Origin: Folioceros fuciformis
Taxonomy: Eukaryota
Reading direction: 5' to 3'
DNA: 64,000 bases
Assembly (NCBI GenBank): GCA_049999805.1
Contig: JBNGIO010006013.1
Span: 102,336 to 166,335 of the forward strand
In this document: positions 52,001 through 64,000 of the stretch, one piece after another
How the letters are laid out: the number at the start of each line of letters is the position of its first letter
How positions within the stretch are numbered: the stretch's first letter is position 1
Translations under genes and position numbers: made by a program
Notes under the pieces: model-generated
Told to the model about the DNA's origin: nothing
The model's input: only the letters and a program-made list of their open reading frames with translations
Databases searched by the model: none

Positions 52001-54334
52001 GGCTGCTACATCTGAATGCTTTCAACAAGGACATTCTCCATGACTATTCTTTTGGCAGGGCCATGAGAGATCAGCTGGTGAACACTGCTGATATTCGACG
52101 AGTGCGCAAGAAAGCACCTTGCACACGCCGTGAATTTTGGCTCTTACAGAGAGAACTGCAGGCCAACAATAGTTTTCACGATCCATCAGTTCCTGGTGTG
52201 TGTTGTATGACAATGACTTAGGTGTCTTAGGACAAGTCAATTTAAGTGTTGAATGTCGTGTGATTCATCCTTTGGTGTTCTAAGGTCTTCCCCCTCAGGT
52301 CTATGTCCGGAGCTCCGGGATCTATTTCACCGGGTGTGCGTATTTGGTGAGGCGAGCCTGCCTAGGCCAGGAATGCATGACATTTCACTTAACAAGGAAA
52401 AAACTCCTGAGCTTGACCTTGAGAATGAAGACATTGAAAATGATTTCCACAGTAGTGGACATGCCCCAGCTGCTGGTGTGATGGAAGCTATAACTCCTGA
52501 TGAAAATGGACATGAAGATTCTCATCAAGAGGCTCAGCACGAGATATCTCCAGAACAACCCCATCAAACTGCAAATGCAAGTGATGGCAACGGTTGGTGA
52601 TTCCTTAACATTGTCTCCTTTATCCTCTGTGTTCTCAGCACACGAAACAGACCTATCATCATGTATCAACTGACCAACTGATGTGTCGTGCTCTTGACTT
52701 CAGATTGGGCAGAAAGCCCAGAGAATGACACTGCCATGGAAGACCAGGATACCATGTTGAATGAGACTGGCCAGGATGGTGTCATGGTGTTTCATGGGCC
52801 TGAGAATGAAGCTGAGGTTGGAGCTGCAGAGGAAGCGGTGGATGAGGATGAAGCAGCACGACAAGCAGCACGAGAGGCTGTTCTTTTAGAATGGGAGGCG
52901 TTTGATAATGCTAGTCTAGAGCAAGAGAGTCTGAAACAGGTTGAGCAGCAGTTGGAGTTGCAGCCCCAGGGAACTGAGGTGTGTACAGCTCATGCCGATG
53001 CCAGAGGTCCTGTGGTGCAAGAAGCGGATACACCACAGGAGGCAGAACAGATGCCTGTTAGAAGTGAAGACATTGAGACGGAACCGTATTTTCCTCCAAC
53101 CGATGCAAACTTGGAGACCCAAAGCTATCAACAAGACGTATCCCAAGGAGGCCTCGTTGCAGAGGCACAGGTCAATGAAGCTCATCAAGAGATTGAAGAC
53201 GTCCAATCTGTTCCTGATCTTCATGCAGGGGCAGCAGATAGTGTTATTCAGGTTATCCGTGCAGAGGTGGAAACTGATGCTGTTGGAGACAATACCATAG
53301 TGCAAGATACCAACAAGATAAATCCTCAACCAGAGATAAGTTATCGTGAAGAACATAAGATGTCCGATCAGGGACATGATGAAGGCGACAGTCCACAAGA
53401 CGTCGGTGACCACCATGCTCAATTAGAGATTGGTGGTGATGTCTCTGCCGTATCATCTGATCCAGATGCGACTTCTCACGAAGTTCCCCAGGGTGGAAGC
53501 TCTCTAGAAAATGGCGATCCAATTTCAAAGGATTCTTATTTGAATGGAGCAATCCATGCTAGCCCGGAAGATTGGAACAACCGGGAGGTAGGTGAAGTTT
53601 CATGTGTATCAATTTTTTGTCTATGTGCACAAAAATGTTTTCTGAGCTTGCATGACATGGTGCAGGATCTTGGCTTTCTCGCTGATGCTCAAGAAACAGG
53701 TAGCGATCTTTATCTCTTCTGGAAGACCTTGCCTGTCCTGGTGCAGTAGTGCATGATTACAGCTTCATCCCTTTTGTCACTGTGGTACAGTGTACAGGAC
53801 GGGAGACGATGGGGATCTTGAAATGGATGCCGATGAGTATGTGGATACGAGAGATTATAATCAGGACGAACCTCTTGTACAGGACAACAGTGGCTGGTCC
53901 GTACGGACAAGGTTGGTGTAGGCGACATCCTTTTTTCATTTTTTTGACTGTTTTCTGTGTGTATCGGTTCCAACCTTATCTGTGGTACTTAGGGCTGTGG
54001 GACGATATCTGAAGACCACCCTAGATGCCATGGAAATGAAACTGAACAGAGTTGAAGGTATACCGAGTGCCCCAGTCAAACTTGGACTAGAGCGGACCCT
54101 TGCGGGGAAGACTAGGAAGGAGGCTGCAAGGATGTTTTTTGAGACGTTGGTATGGTCTCCGTCCGTAAGTAATTTCCGTGCCATTTGTATGAGTAATGAG
54201 GTTTCTAAGGGATGCTCGCGCGTGACGCAAAACAGGTGTTGAAGACTAAAGATTATATTAACGTGGAGCAAGCGGAACCATACGAAGATATAAAGGTCTC
54301 TGCAGGACCCAAGCTTCGCAAGGCCACCTTCTAG
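49030..54334 (+). CDS. RAD21: Cohesin alpha-kleisin RAD21/SCC1, multi-exon
   Basis: [41 protein letters not shown], and C-terminal [24 protein letters not shown]. Confidence 0.95.
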
Positions 54335-54565
54335 GCGACCTTCCCGGTTGGCTAGCATTTTTCTTATCCATATCCTTGTACTATGCACCTTAGTTTAGTT
54401 GGCTCATTAGCCCTACTGTTCTCGGTCAATTATATGTATAATATATTTTATTAGTAAAATATATGCACAGACTACATGGTTTAATGAACCTATTCTTCAC
54501 TCTGTAATTCTTGTCTGTTTGCCCCAGTTGAGTTCCTCCATTCGAATTCCCCCATCCGCAGATGC

Positions 54566-56076
54566 TTAAAGGGGCCTTTTCTGGGGGGTCCCTGCTCGTC
54601 GTGGATACTTTGGAGGTGTGGATTGCTCTTTAGAGCAAATGACAGCAGTTCTGGGTCCTAGTGGCCCGAAAGATTGCACTGCGAAGGACAGCAACAGGAT
54701 GAAGTTAGAACCTTCACGTGGTGCAACCCACCTCCTGTCTCTACTGTTGCTCCTGATTTGAGGCATACAATACCTGTTGTCACAGGTAAGATGTGACCTC
54801 CAAGCGTAGAGACAGCCTTTCGTGCACCCTCGACCTCGTCCTGAGTAAGTGGGAGGGCTTATTAGAGAGATACAAGAGATCCAGACAGAAGATCACCGTT
54901 GCAGAGCGTTGGACTTCACCTGAGGATTTGCTCCTTTGGCAGCCACCACAAACCCTCCAACTCGGACCAGTGGTAAGCACAATTCAGCTGGGCAAGAGAA
55001 CCAAAGCAGCACAGGTTAGCGAATATGACTTCAGCGATCATAACGCAATGCAAAGAACGATGGACTTGCTTACGGGAAGAACCAAACGTACCTAGTATCC
55101 TCATCTCTGCAAGAGCTCTTGCCACTGCAACGTCGAATCTCTCCCGATAGACGTTACTTTGTCCTGCATCCTGGACATTGAGAACTCAAGATGGAGCTCG
55201 AACTTCGTGCAGAACAGAAAAATCAAAGTGCAAAAATAGGCAAACGAACCTCTGCCCGGCTGTTAACTACAACTATGTTCCCCACTCCTGAATGTTCAGC
55301 GGCGTCCTTCATAAACTTGCACCGTTTTAGTGTTGAGTCCAACAACGTAATCTGCCACTCTACCAGTGCGCCAAGGATCATGAGCAGGTAGCCACCATCA
55401 TGCTAGGTATTGGGAACAATGCTGAGAAACGAGACAGCAAGTACTCTTATGAGGCTACAGGGAAGACGTAAACACACCTGGTCTGGCAATGGCTAGAATC
55501 ACCCCTGGCAGCCCTGCTCCGCTCCCGACATCCACGACCTTGAGCTGACCCGACGATGAATTCTCAAGATCACGACTACAGGCCGCCTCTATGACTGGAA
55601 GCAAAGCAAGTGAGTCTTCAACATGCCTCTCCATCACCTCGGAACGCTCTGTAACAGCTGTAAGATTGAATTTCTGCGACGCCCCAAAGCTACCCATTCA
55701 ACCACCTGGGCCACTGGCTCCGCAGCACAGGAGAACCATAGTCGGATATCAATCTACAGACCTCACTGTTGTATTTCAGAAGGATGTCCACAAACTTGTT
55801 CACTTGCTCCACCTGTGTCGAATTCAAAGTCTCCAGCAACGGCACACCTGCCCTCCCTTCTTGCACCTCCGCAGCAGGAGACACGGACTCGTGAGCCTCC
55901 ACGCTGGAGAAGTTAGGCCGCACAGCAGCAGATGCCTTGAGTTCCCACCGGGTCCTTGCGCCCTGCAGTCTGCAGTCCAGCATGCACAACTTTCTCCCAG
56001 CTCCCACGGACCCATTGAACCTCAGATTGTGCAGCAGGCCCCCTTGCACCCACATGAGCTTCATAGCAATCGCCAT
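54566..56076 (-). CDS. rsmG: Organellar 16S rRNA m7G methyltransferase RsmG/GidB, multi-exon
   Basis: NLTAV, HVEDSL, VDVGSGAGLPG, VARALAEM and TPPKYPRRAGTPQKRPL. Confidence 0.92.
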
Positions 56077-56744
56077 GGCTCTTGTTTGTGCTGTCACACA
56101 ATCGCGCGGACCATATGAACCTCCATGTGCAAGTACTTATACGTTATTAGGAAGAAGCGTATCTGTAAGGTTTAATATGTAAAATCCCCAATGCAGCGAT
56201 ACCCACATTTTATTTACCACTTAGTAGACAATGGGTTCGCTTCGACATTGTCTCTATAGTTTGGTTCTGCTCCAAGTTCATGTAATCTTGGACAGCCCAC
56301 ATGTGCTGATGCCATGTCTTCAAAAGTTGATATGCGAACTTATTCAATTCTTATTAAATATCTAATATTTAGATATTTAATAGATCAATATAAAACGAAG
56401 GATCTTCATATAGACATTCTATTCTGTTAATGTGCAGAGTGTATTTTCTATTATTGAAAAAGAAATGAGAAGTCCATCTACTCCAAAGATTAGAGGAACA
56501 ACCCGAGTAGAACCAAAGGGGCTAGTGAAAGGGGTATTGGCCCCTTCGAATATCATTCTCAAAAACTACCTACTACTCCCAAAATATCATGATGTAGAAA
56601 ACTACCTACTACTCCCAAAATATCATGATATAGAATAACAAAAGGTCTATCTACCACCGATCCCGAAGAAGCTACTTCACTTGGGCTTGTTGCTATCCTA
56701 AAACCGCATTGGCCAATGCTGTTTGTAAAGGAATGGATACGCGT

Positions 56745-58960
56745 TGTCAAAAGAAGGCCACCGCAGAGAAAAGAGGAAGAACATCATTCTTATGATTTTG
56801 ATAAACCTTGAAAAGTCCTTGCCCCATAAGTCTCAAGAGCAAGAGGGATGAAAGTATGCCCATCTTGTAGAGGAGAATACTTATGGACTTTGAGGCTTGC
56901 ACAACCCTCCGCCGTCCAACCCGGGGAGTGATGGTGACTTGCCCGCTAATGGAATCCCTAGTGGGATCCGTAACAACCACATGAGCAGGGTTGATGGTGA
57001 CTTGCCCGCTGATCAAATCCCTAGTGGGATCTGTAACAACCACATGAGCAGGGTTGATGGTGACTTGCCCGCTGATCGAATCCCTAGTGGGATCTGTAAC
57101 AATTATATGAGCGGAGTTGATGGTGACTTGCCCGCTGATCGAATCCCTAGTGAGATCCGTAACAACCACATCAGCGACACAAACCTGTTGCCCCCTAGTG
57201 AAAAAAGGCCGGCTCTAAGTGAGACCCTGTTACGCAAAGTATATGGACTATACGAAGAAACCCACATACCCTAGCCATGAAGAACATGACATCTTGAACT
57301 ACATCATGGGTGGCAATGTGGTGCCCCCAAATAGGACAACGTGCCAGATGGGGCCCCGTATCAACAATAGCAGCCCCATAACTGCATGTAGAGAGAGAAA
57401 AAGCCAAGGGGTGGGCTAAACCTAAGCGAAATCTCATTGCGGTGGTGAAAGTTGCTGATGTGATTCAAAACGCCTAGATGCAAGGTCGAGCCAAAAGCGA
57501 AGAGCCCGCTCCTTTATTTGAACAAGAGCAAATATGAGGCTGAGAAGACCTAAGGAAGGATGAGTTCGAATGAAGAGCTCTTAGTGCTTGGCCATATTGC
57601 TTTTCTAGGAGGGAGGCCTGGAGACCTCTCAACCCTTCCCTAAAAAAGGAGGTGAAAGAAGGTAGAGCCTCGCGAACCTCTAAAGGTAAAGAATCCCTCG
57701 CTTGCCTAAGAGATACCTGTAAGAAAAAACGCCCTCCTCAACGCTTGAGATAAAACCTTCAAGAAGAGAGGCAGCTTGCAGCAAAAAACGAGAGGCCAAA
57801 ATTGGAGCCGAGAAGGCTTAACTACCAAAAAAGGTAGTTGGGGAAGAAATCTCCATGGCCAAAAGGCCAACCCCTCCAAAGGCCATAGGCAAGGAAGCTT
57901 ACTTCCAAGCCAAATCACCAACGGCACACTCGAAGGTATTATGATCTATGATGTTCCCAAGAGCGTACATAACTTGATTGTCAAATTTCATGAGACTTGA
58001 TAAGAAAACTGGAAAACTGCACTACAATTCTAGTGAGGTAACCCTAAACCACAAAACAAGAAGAAAGAATACCAAACGTAATTTAAGTCCCACAGGACTT
58101 AAATTACAGTCCCACAGGCACACCCAAGACTCGAAGTCCCTGCGAGGGGTGATATCACTCCCCTCCCCCCCACCCCACAAATATTGAAGAGGGGGGAGTG
58201 ATGCCCGAAGGTGACCAAACCTTGCATTTAGACAACTTAACCTGCAACCCCACCTTGGAGAGCTCTAACGAGAAGAAATCAAATGCTCCTTTGACTGTAA
58301 ATCTTTGCCTAAGAATATGAGTGTCAGTAGCTATGGATGGGAAAAGGCATTCCCAAAATGCTAAGGCAGTTGAAGATAATGCTCGAAAATATGTCATAGC
58401 ATAAAGAGCACCCCTAAGCGGATCCCTAGCCTTGTGCCTGTTGCTGAATCAAAAAATGAGACCTCCTCAATAGTTGGGCTATGTTGGTAATAGAGCTTGG
58501 ATGGTAAGCCATAGAAGGAGTCTACGAAAGGGATGAGACTTGCCAATTGACCTCTTGCACTCTTGAGCTCTAAGAAGATGACAACCTTGGAGAAAGTGTT
58601 GAAAGCATTCTCAATATCAACTTCCATGGCTACCTAGTGAGGATGTAACTCGAGGGTCGTCTAGATGCCGAAGGCAGTATATTCACACCCATGTGGGTAG
58701 TGGTCCCAAATTGCTGGGGTGCAAGATGTGCTTGGAAGGGCTTCTGAAGTTGAATTGCGATACTTCAGTTGATAAGGCACAAAACACCTCCCTCATAGCA
58801 ATAGGACACTTTCTTGAGGTGGGCTTTGGCAACCCTAACAGCCTACTAGTTGCTAGAACTTGAAAGATTTGATTGGGAACTTTACCCCTAGCCACAACAG
58901 TCGCTAGTGTATCAAGCTCTGAAAAACCACTTAAGGGATCCTCAACAGTCTAATTAGGCA
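56745..58960 (-). mobile_element. Decayed CRE-like non-LTR retrotransposon (restriction-like endonuclease type)
   Basis: RT motifs PIAMREV, VDIENAFN, FVDSFY and GTRLG; HLARC...IATHDVVQD zinc-finger-like motif; a VVVTDPT segment repeated as 63-bp x4 at 56930-57172. Confidence 0.65.
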
Positions 58961-59243
58961 TAGAATTCCCAATCAAAATGGATCTACTTTATATGTAAAG
59001 AAGAAGGAAAATTCAATGAAAGTCCACTAAAAACTTGATACTGAACTGTTGATTTGAAGGGCATGCTAGAGGGACCCTAAACCAGTGTGGACGTTTAATC
59101 CCAAGAATATCTATGGTGTAAGCTAATTGAATCTTCACATAAACAAAATTCCGGTTGTTGCATGATGTCGTTTGGACAGAAGGTTTAAACATTTGCCATA
59201 TTTTTGAACGCAACCTAACGACAAGGCCCTCCTGCGATTTTGT

Positions 59244-59252
59244 AAACCCTAA
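59244..59252 (+). promoter_or_regulatory. Telo-box AAACCCTAA
   Basis: Exact motif 200 bp upstream of RRP1. Telo-boxes are typical of plant ribosome-biogenesis promoters. Confidence 0.5.
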
Positions 59253-59451
59253 AGAGGTCGACGCGAGGCTTTTTCGGTGTCCGGCTGGTTGGCAGATTGT
59301 GCTGTAGTGTTGTATATAGCCGCAATTTGTCTACTGGTGTTTCAACATGAATTGTTGGCGTCTTGTAGGGCTAGCAGTTGCTGCAATCGAGTGACTAAAA
59401 GCGCTCGCTGGAAGAAGGCCTGGTGAGCTTGGCCAGCAGAGTTGGTTACAA

Positions 59452-61443
59452 ATGGGGGTTGAGGGGGATGGCATTCGGGGATTGTCGAGGAAGCTGGCCT
59501 CGTCGGAGAAGAAGGAGCGGGACAAGGCTCTGAAGCTGTTTAGTCGTTGGTTGACAGCTCAGAGGGACTTGGAAGAAGAGGATATGATGAAAATATGGAA
59601 AGCTCTCTTCTACTGCGTGTGGCATGCGGACAAGGCGCCAGTTCAGGAGGATTTGGCGGAAAAAGTGGCTTCTCTGCTAGAGAGCTTGAGTCCCAAGGCG
59701 TCATTGCAATATCTGCGGACTTGTCTGGTCACCATGAGGAGGGAATGGGCAGGAATTGATCGGTTGCGCTTAGATAAGTTCTGTTTGCTGCTCAGGAAGT
59801 GCGTGAATCATGTGTTTGTGGCTCTTGAGAAGGGTAGGTGGGACGTGGACAGGGTTAAGGAGTACATGGATGGGTGTCTGGGCATGGCGCTTTTGGCTCA
59901 AGATAAGCATGCGGCGGATGGGGTCAGCCTTCATTTGGCAGACGTCTATGTGGAGGAGCTTCGCAAGTTTCTACCCATCTCAGCTGATGTTTTTGTGCTG
60001 CTGCTGGAGCCCTTTGCTAGCACTCTTGCCCGAGGCTCGTCCAAGGTTGTGCTGGCGAGGGTGAAGCAGGCGGTGTTCGAGGCTTTGCTGGAGGATGGGA
60101 ACCAATATGCGGATAGGATGCTGTTGCAAGGTGGACAGGACAAAGAGGCTGACGCAACTAGCTTCGGGAACCTCCTCGTCACTTCCACTCTAAGAGCTCG
60201 TCTGTTTGAGCTAGCCTCTGCCCTGTCTACTCCCCAGGCCAACCGGAAGACTCTTTTTGAATTGTATGACGCGTTTACGCGGCTTGATCTTAAAGTATCT
60301 GCTTTGAGATTACAGATGCCAAAAGATATCATCTCCTTGGAGAAGGCGCCCAGAAGAAGCTCGCTGAGGAGGAAGGAAAAAGCTGCCAACGAGTCTCCCC
60401 AGGCCCCCATCATCATCGAGACTGTTGAGAAGGCTGTGGATGATCATGGGCATGCTCAGGACGTTGAGCCCACCAGGAAGGCGAAGAAGCGTGCAGGTGC
60501 GGAGTTGAGTATGAGGTGTCGTGTGGGTGGAAAGCGGAATTCTGCAGACGTCAATGGATCTGGCTCTGAGAGTGCTGAATTGAGCACGCCGGGTCCTTTG
60601 AGGAGGAAGTCTCCTAGGAAAGTAGCCCGTAGGAATGTGGAGGAAATGCCTGAGGTGGAGAAAGCAGGGAGGCCTGATGAAATTGGCCAGAATGAGGCTG
60701 ACAGCTCTGTGGGAGAGGAGAGCAGTTTAAGGCGGCCCCGGAAAGGTGCAAAGGGATCTATAAGGGGAACTAAGAAGAAGGCAAGACAAGGGAGGGATGA
60801 GGCTGACGGAGGTTTGAGCCTAAGCTCTCTTATCCAGCAGGAATGTGTTTCTTCAGTCCGTACTGCCTTTGGTCTGGGTCTGGCTCAAGGAGTGTCAGAA
60901 AATGGCAATGGGTGCTCTGCAACCATTGTTGATGGGGCAAGGGAAGAGCCATCCGAGCGAGGTTGGGAAGGCGATGTGTGTGTGGACCAATCTGTCGTCT
61001 CCAACCTTGAGAAGTCGATTGCCTCCATATCTCTCCGCGCAGCAGCAGCAGCAGCAGCAGCAGCAGATGGTCATACTGACCTCAATGGCGTTGGTGGGAA
61101 AAGGAAGAGGAAGCGGGTATCTGGTGAAAATGTGTCTCCTCTTTCTGCAGGCGGTGGTGCAGCCACTCAGGCTGAGGCAGATACGCCCAAGCCCAAGAAG
61201 AAGGTTAGGATCTCACTGAAGAACAACATAGTCTGGAAGCCTCACTGTGGTCCCCTGCCTCCTCAGATCATGCGAACACCTCCTGCTGCCACTCCCCGAG
61301 GAAGTGCTATGAAGCCAGGTGTTCCTCCGGGTCCTGTGATCATGGGCAAAATACATGTCAAAGGCTTGCCTAAGACCAGAACCAAGACGAGAACATTTTT
61401 ACTGCGTAGAATGAATACTCGCAGATCCAGGAGCCGTATCTAG
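59452..61443 (+). CDS. RRP1: Ribosomal RNA processing protein 1 (Nop52 domain), single ORF
   Basis: KIWKALFYCVWHADK and MRREWAGIDRLRLDKF; basic tail with KKVRISLKNN and TPRGSAMK. A (GCA)n poly-Ala tract lies near 61039-61066. Confidence 0.92.
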   Translation: MGVEGDGIRGLSRKLASSEKKERDKALKLFSRWLTAQRDLEEEDMMKIWKALFYCVWHADKAPVQEDLAEKVASLLESLSPKASLQYLRTCLVTMRREWAGIDRLRLDKFCLLLRKCVNHVFVALEKGRWDVDRVKEYMDGCLGMALLAQDKHAADGVSLHLADVYVEELRKFLPISADVFVLLLEPFASTLARGSSKVVLARVKQAVFEALLEDGNQYADRMLLQGGQDKEADATSFGNLLVTSTLRARLFELASALSTPQANRKTLFELYDAFTRLDLKVSALRLQMPKDIISLEKAPRRSSLRRKEKAANESPQAPIIIETVEKAVDDHGHAQDVEPTRKAKKRAGAELSMRCRVGGKRNSADVNGSGSESAELSTPGPLRRKSPRKVARRNVEEMPEVEKAGRPDEIGQNEADSSVGEESSLRRPRKGAKGSIRGTKKKARQGRDEADGGLSLSSLIQQECVSSVRTAFGLGLAQGVSENGNGCSATIVDGAREEPSERGWEGDVCVDQSVVSNLEKSIASISLRAAAAAAAAADGHTDLNGVGGKRKRKRVSGENVSPLSAGGGAATQAEADTPKPKKKVRISLKNNIVWKPHCGPLPPQIMRTPPAATPRGSAMKPGVPPGPVIMGKIHVKGLPKTRTKTRTFLLRRMNTRRSRSRI

Positions 61444-61761
61444 GTTATTGGTGCAAGGTGTCTAGTTCACATATCTTTAGAGGGCGTTGTTGTATTGGAA
61501 TGAGAATGTCGGTAGATTTCCGAGAGCCTCCTCTTCTGAGGAGTGGGTGTCCTATCTGGCCAGTGAGTCAGTTCTGGGGAGGGAGAGATCCCTACTGAGA
61601 GCCTCCCGACGGTCCCACCAGGTTTTTGGACTGTGAGAGATTGAGGGATCCGGCCTTGCTTTGGAAGTATCCGCCCTGGATATGGGCTGCCCCCTGCGCG
61701 AGACAGGGCGCTGTCGGAGATCACAATGTCGTTTTAAGATCCACAGCAGCGTGGCATTTAG

Positions 61762-62860
61762 GGCTGAAGCTAAAGATAACCTGGCCAGCCGCGGGGCCCG
61801 CCACCTCCATGGCATGGTGAGCCATGACCCTCCCGCTCTCCATCTCTCCTCTCTCCTATACCTACGGAGTTCTCCCACGGCCAGTCGTGTATCGACTGTC
61901 TCGCAAAACCGGGTTTGAGTTTTGAGCCTGCCTCAGCGGAAATGTTCGAGACGGACGATGAGCAGGAGGATGAGAATCAGAACGAGGTTGACGAGGATTC
62001 CTATTCTCTCAAGAGGCCAGGTTTCCTACTCTCTCAAGAGGCGAGGGCGGGGGAAAAACGATGGCCGTGCCAAGGTATGGTTGCTGTAATTTCTGGAGTC
62101 CGTGTGGGAAGATGTTTGGGGAATTGGGGAGAACATGTTCTCTTTCACAGACCTCTTGAACGAACGCGATGGTACGTAAGTCTAAAGGTCCATAACCACA
62201 CCATAACCTGTAGAACACATATTGTGAGACACAAGGCATCAGCTGACGTACCTCACCAAGATTGAGTGAGTCATAACTCGTGAGTTTGCAGGCCGTATCG
62301 TGCTTGGGAAATAGAGGTCCCCCAGCAACAATTGCGTTCTTCTTACTGCTCATGTGAGGGCTTGAGACAGCTCTCCCATCCCCCGTAATGAAATCTGGTA
62401 CACGCACTCACAGGATGAAAGCTGTCCGCATTTCCTTTTCCACACTTGGCGCAGAGCTATGTCTGTATTTGCAACATTTCCAATCCAGAGCAGTGAAAGC
62501 AAACAAACCAGGCGGCACACCCTGCACCACGAACGCAATCTGCGGGCATTTCGGCAGACATCAGACCGCACTTTCAGCAGTTTACTTCAACCAGCGGGGC
62601 AACTTTCAGTGTTTGACATAAACGTGTTCAAGCCGTCCAGAACCGGGTTTAGGGTTGATTGAACTGTCTCACCGAAACGATCCGGTTTCGTTCAAAACTC
62701 AAACCCGTGAGACGAAGTCAGTACACGACTGGCCGTATGTATTCAAGGGAGAACTCCGTAGGTATGGGAGAGAGGAGAGATGGAGAGCGGGAGGTCATGG
62801 CTCACCATGCCATGGAGGTGGCGGGCCCCGCGGCTGGCCAGGCTATCTTTAGCTTCAGCC
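61762..62860. mobile_element. Non-autonomous Mutator-like element (MULE), 1099 bp
   Basis: ~170-bp terminal inverted repeats (61762-61928 and 62690-62860). Perfect 9-bp TSD GGCATTTAG at 61753-61761 and 62861-62869. Confidence 0.9.
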
Positions 62861-63312
62861 GGCATTTAGTGGGACAAATACTGGACACAACAGGACAAAT
62901 CTGTCGTAATGCCGATCCCCCCTTACGTCACGCAGCCGGCACGGCCGGGATGTGTCCCCTGGTGGGTCACCGAGGGCGACGACGACGTTACTTCCAACTC
63001 CGGCTCGGACGCTGTCTTAGTCTCGCCGCAGACGTTCTTGTGCTGTCTAGAAGGATTTGAGAATTCTTTGAAGACAGGGAATCGTGATTGAGGACGGGCT
63101 ACAGGTAGGATCACACTCCCAGATTCTGCATATGCTACCGATGGGTGGGGCTGTGGACGAGTGCGCGGAGGGAAGCAGACGCGGGCGTTTTTGCGGGAAG
63201 GATTACAAGAGGGATTCTGGTAGTCCAAGGACGTTGAGAATTCCTCAAACTTGAAGACTAGACTGGACTGCACTGGTGGTGCTGTCGCGAGCAGCCGAGC
63301 AGGGGTATTTGA

Positions 63313-64000
<688 letters not shown>

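Noticed and set aside
59452-61443. Single-exon RRP1 as a retrogene
   Set aside because: I cannot establish that orthologs normally carry introns, and no retro-hallmarks are visible.
61762-62860. miRNA precursor explanation for the inverted repeat
   Set aside because: A ~760-bp spacer and an exact 9-bp flanking duplication fit a Mutator-like element better.

Overview
Eukaryotic, gene-dense land-plant nuclear DNA with short (~80-120 nt) spliceosomal introns. The axonemal gene CFAP52 implies a lineage with flagellated sperm, and the compact layout suggests a bryophyte such as a hornwort (inference only). Bases 1-8.5 kb are a transposon nest: a deleted Copia element with paired 261-bp LTRs inside a LINE ORF1 remnant, followed by minisatellite arrays. 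Genes in order: BBX zinc finger (-), SART3/Prp24 (-), an orphan ORF (+), an intronless plant-type PEP carboxylase (-), CFAP52 (+), a secreted LRR protein (-), two tandem unknown coiled-coil paralogs (+), aldo-keto reductase (-), unknown SAM methyltransferase (-), fibrillin-4 (+), ABHD11-like hydrolase (+), RAD21 (+), RsmG (-), RRP1/Nop52 (+) and a truncated ATL RING-H2 (+). The most unusual locus is the PEPC: it is intronless and intact, its leader is joined to a decayed intron-containing duplicate of the neighbouring SART3 gene, and it lies head-to-head with CFAP52. Also present are CRE-like non-LTR remnants and a Mutator-like element with a perfect 9-bp target-site duplication (TSD). All family calls come from recalled motifs, not database searches.
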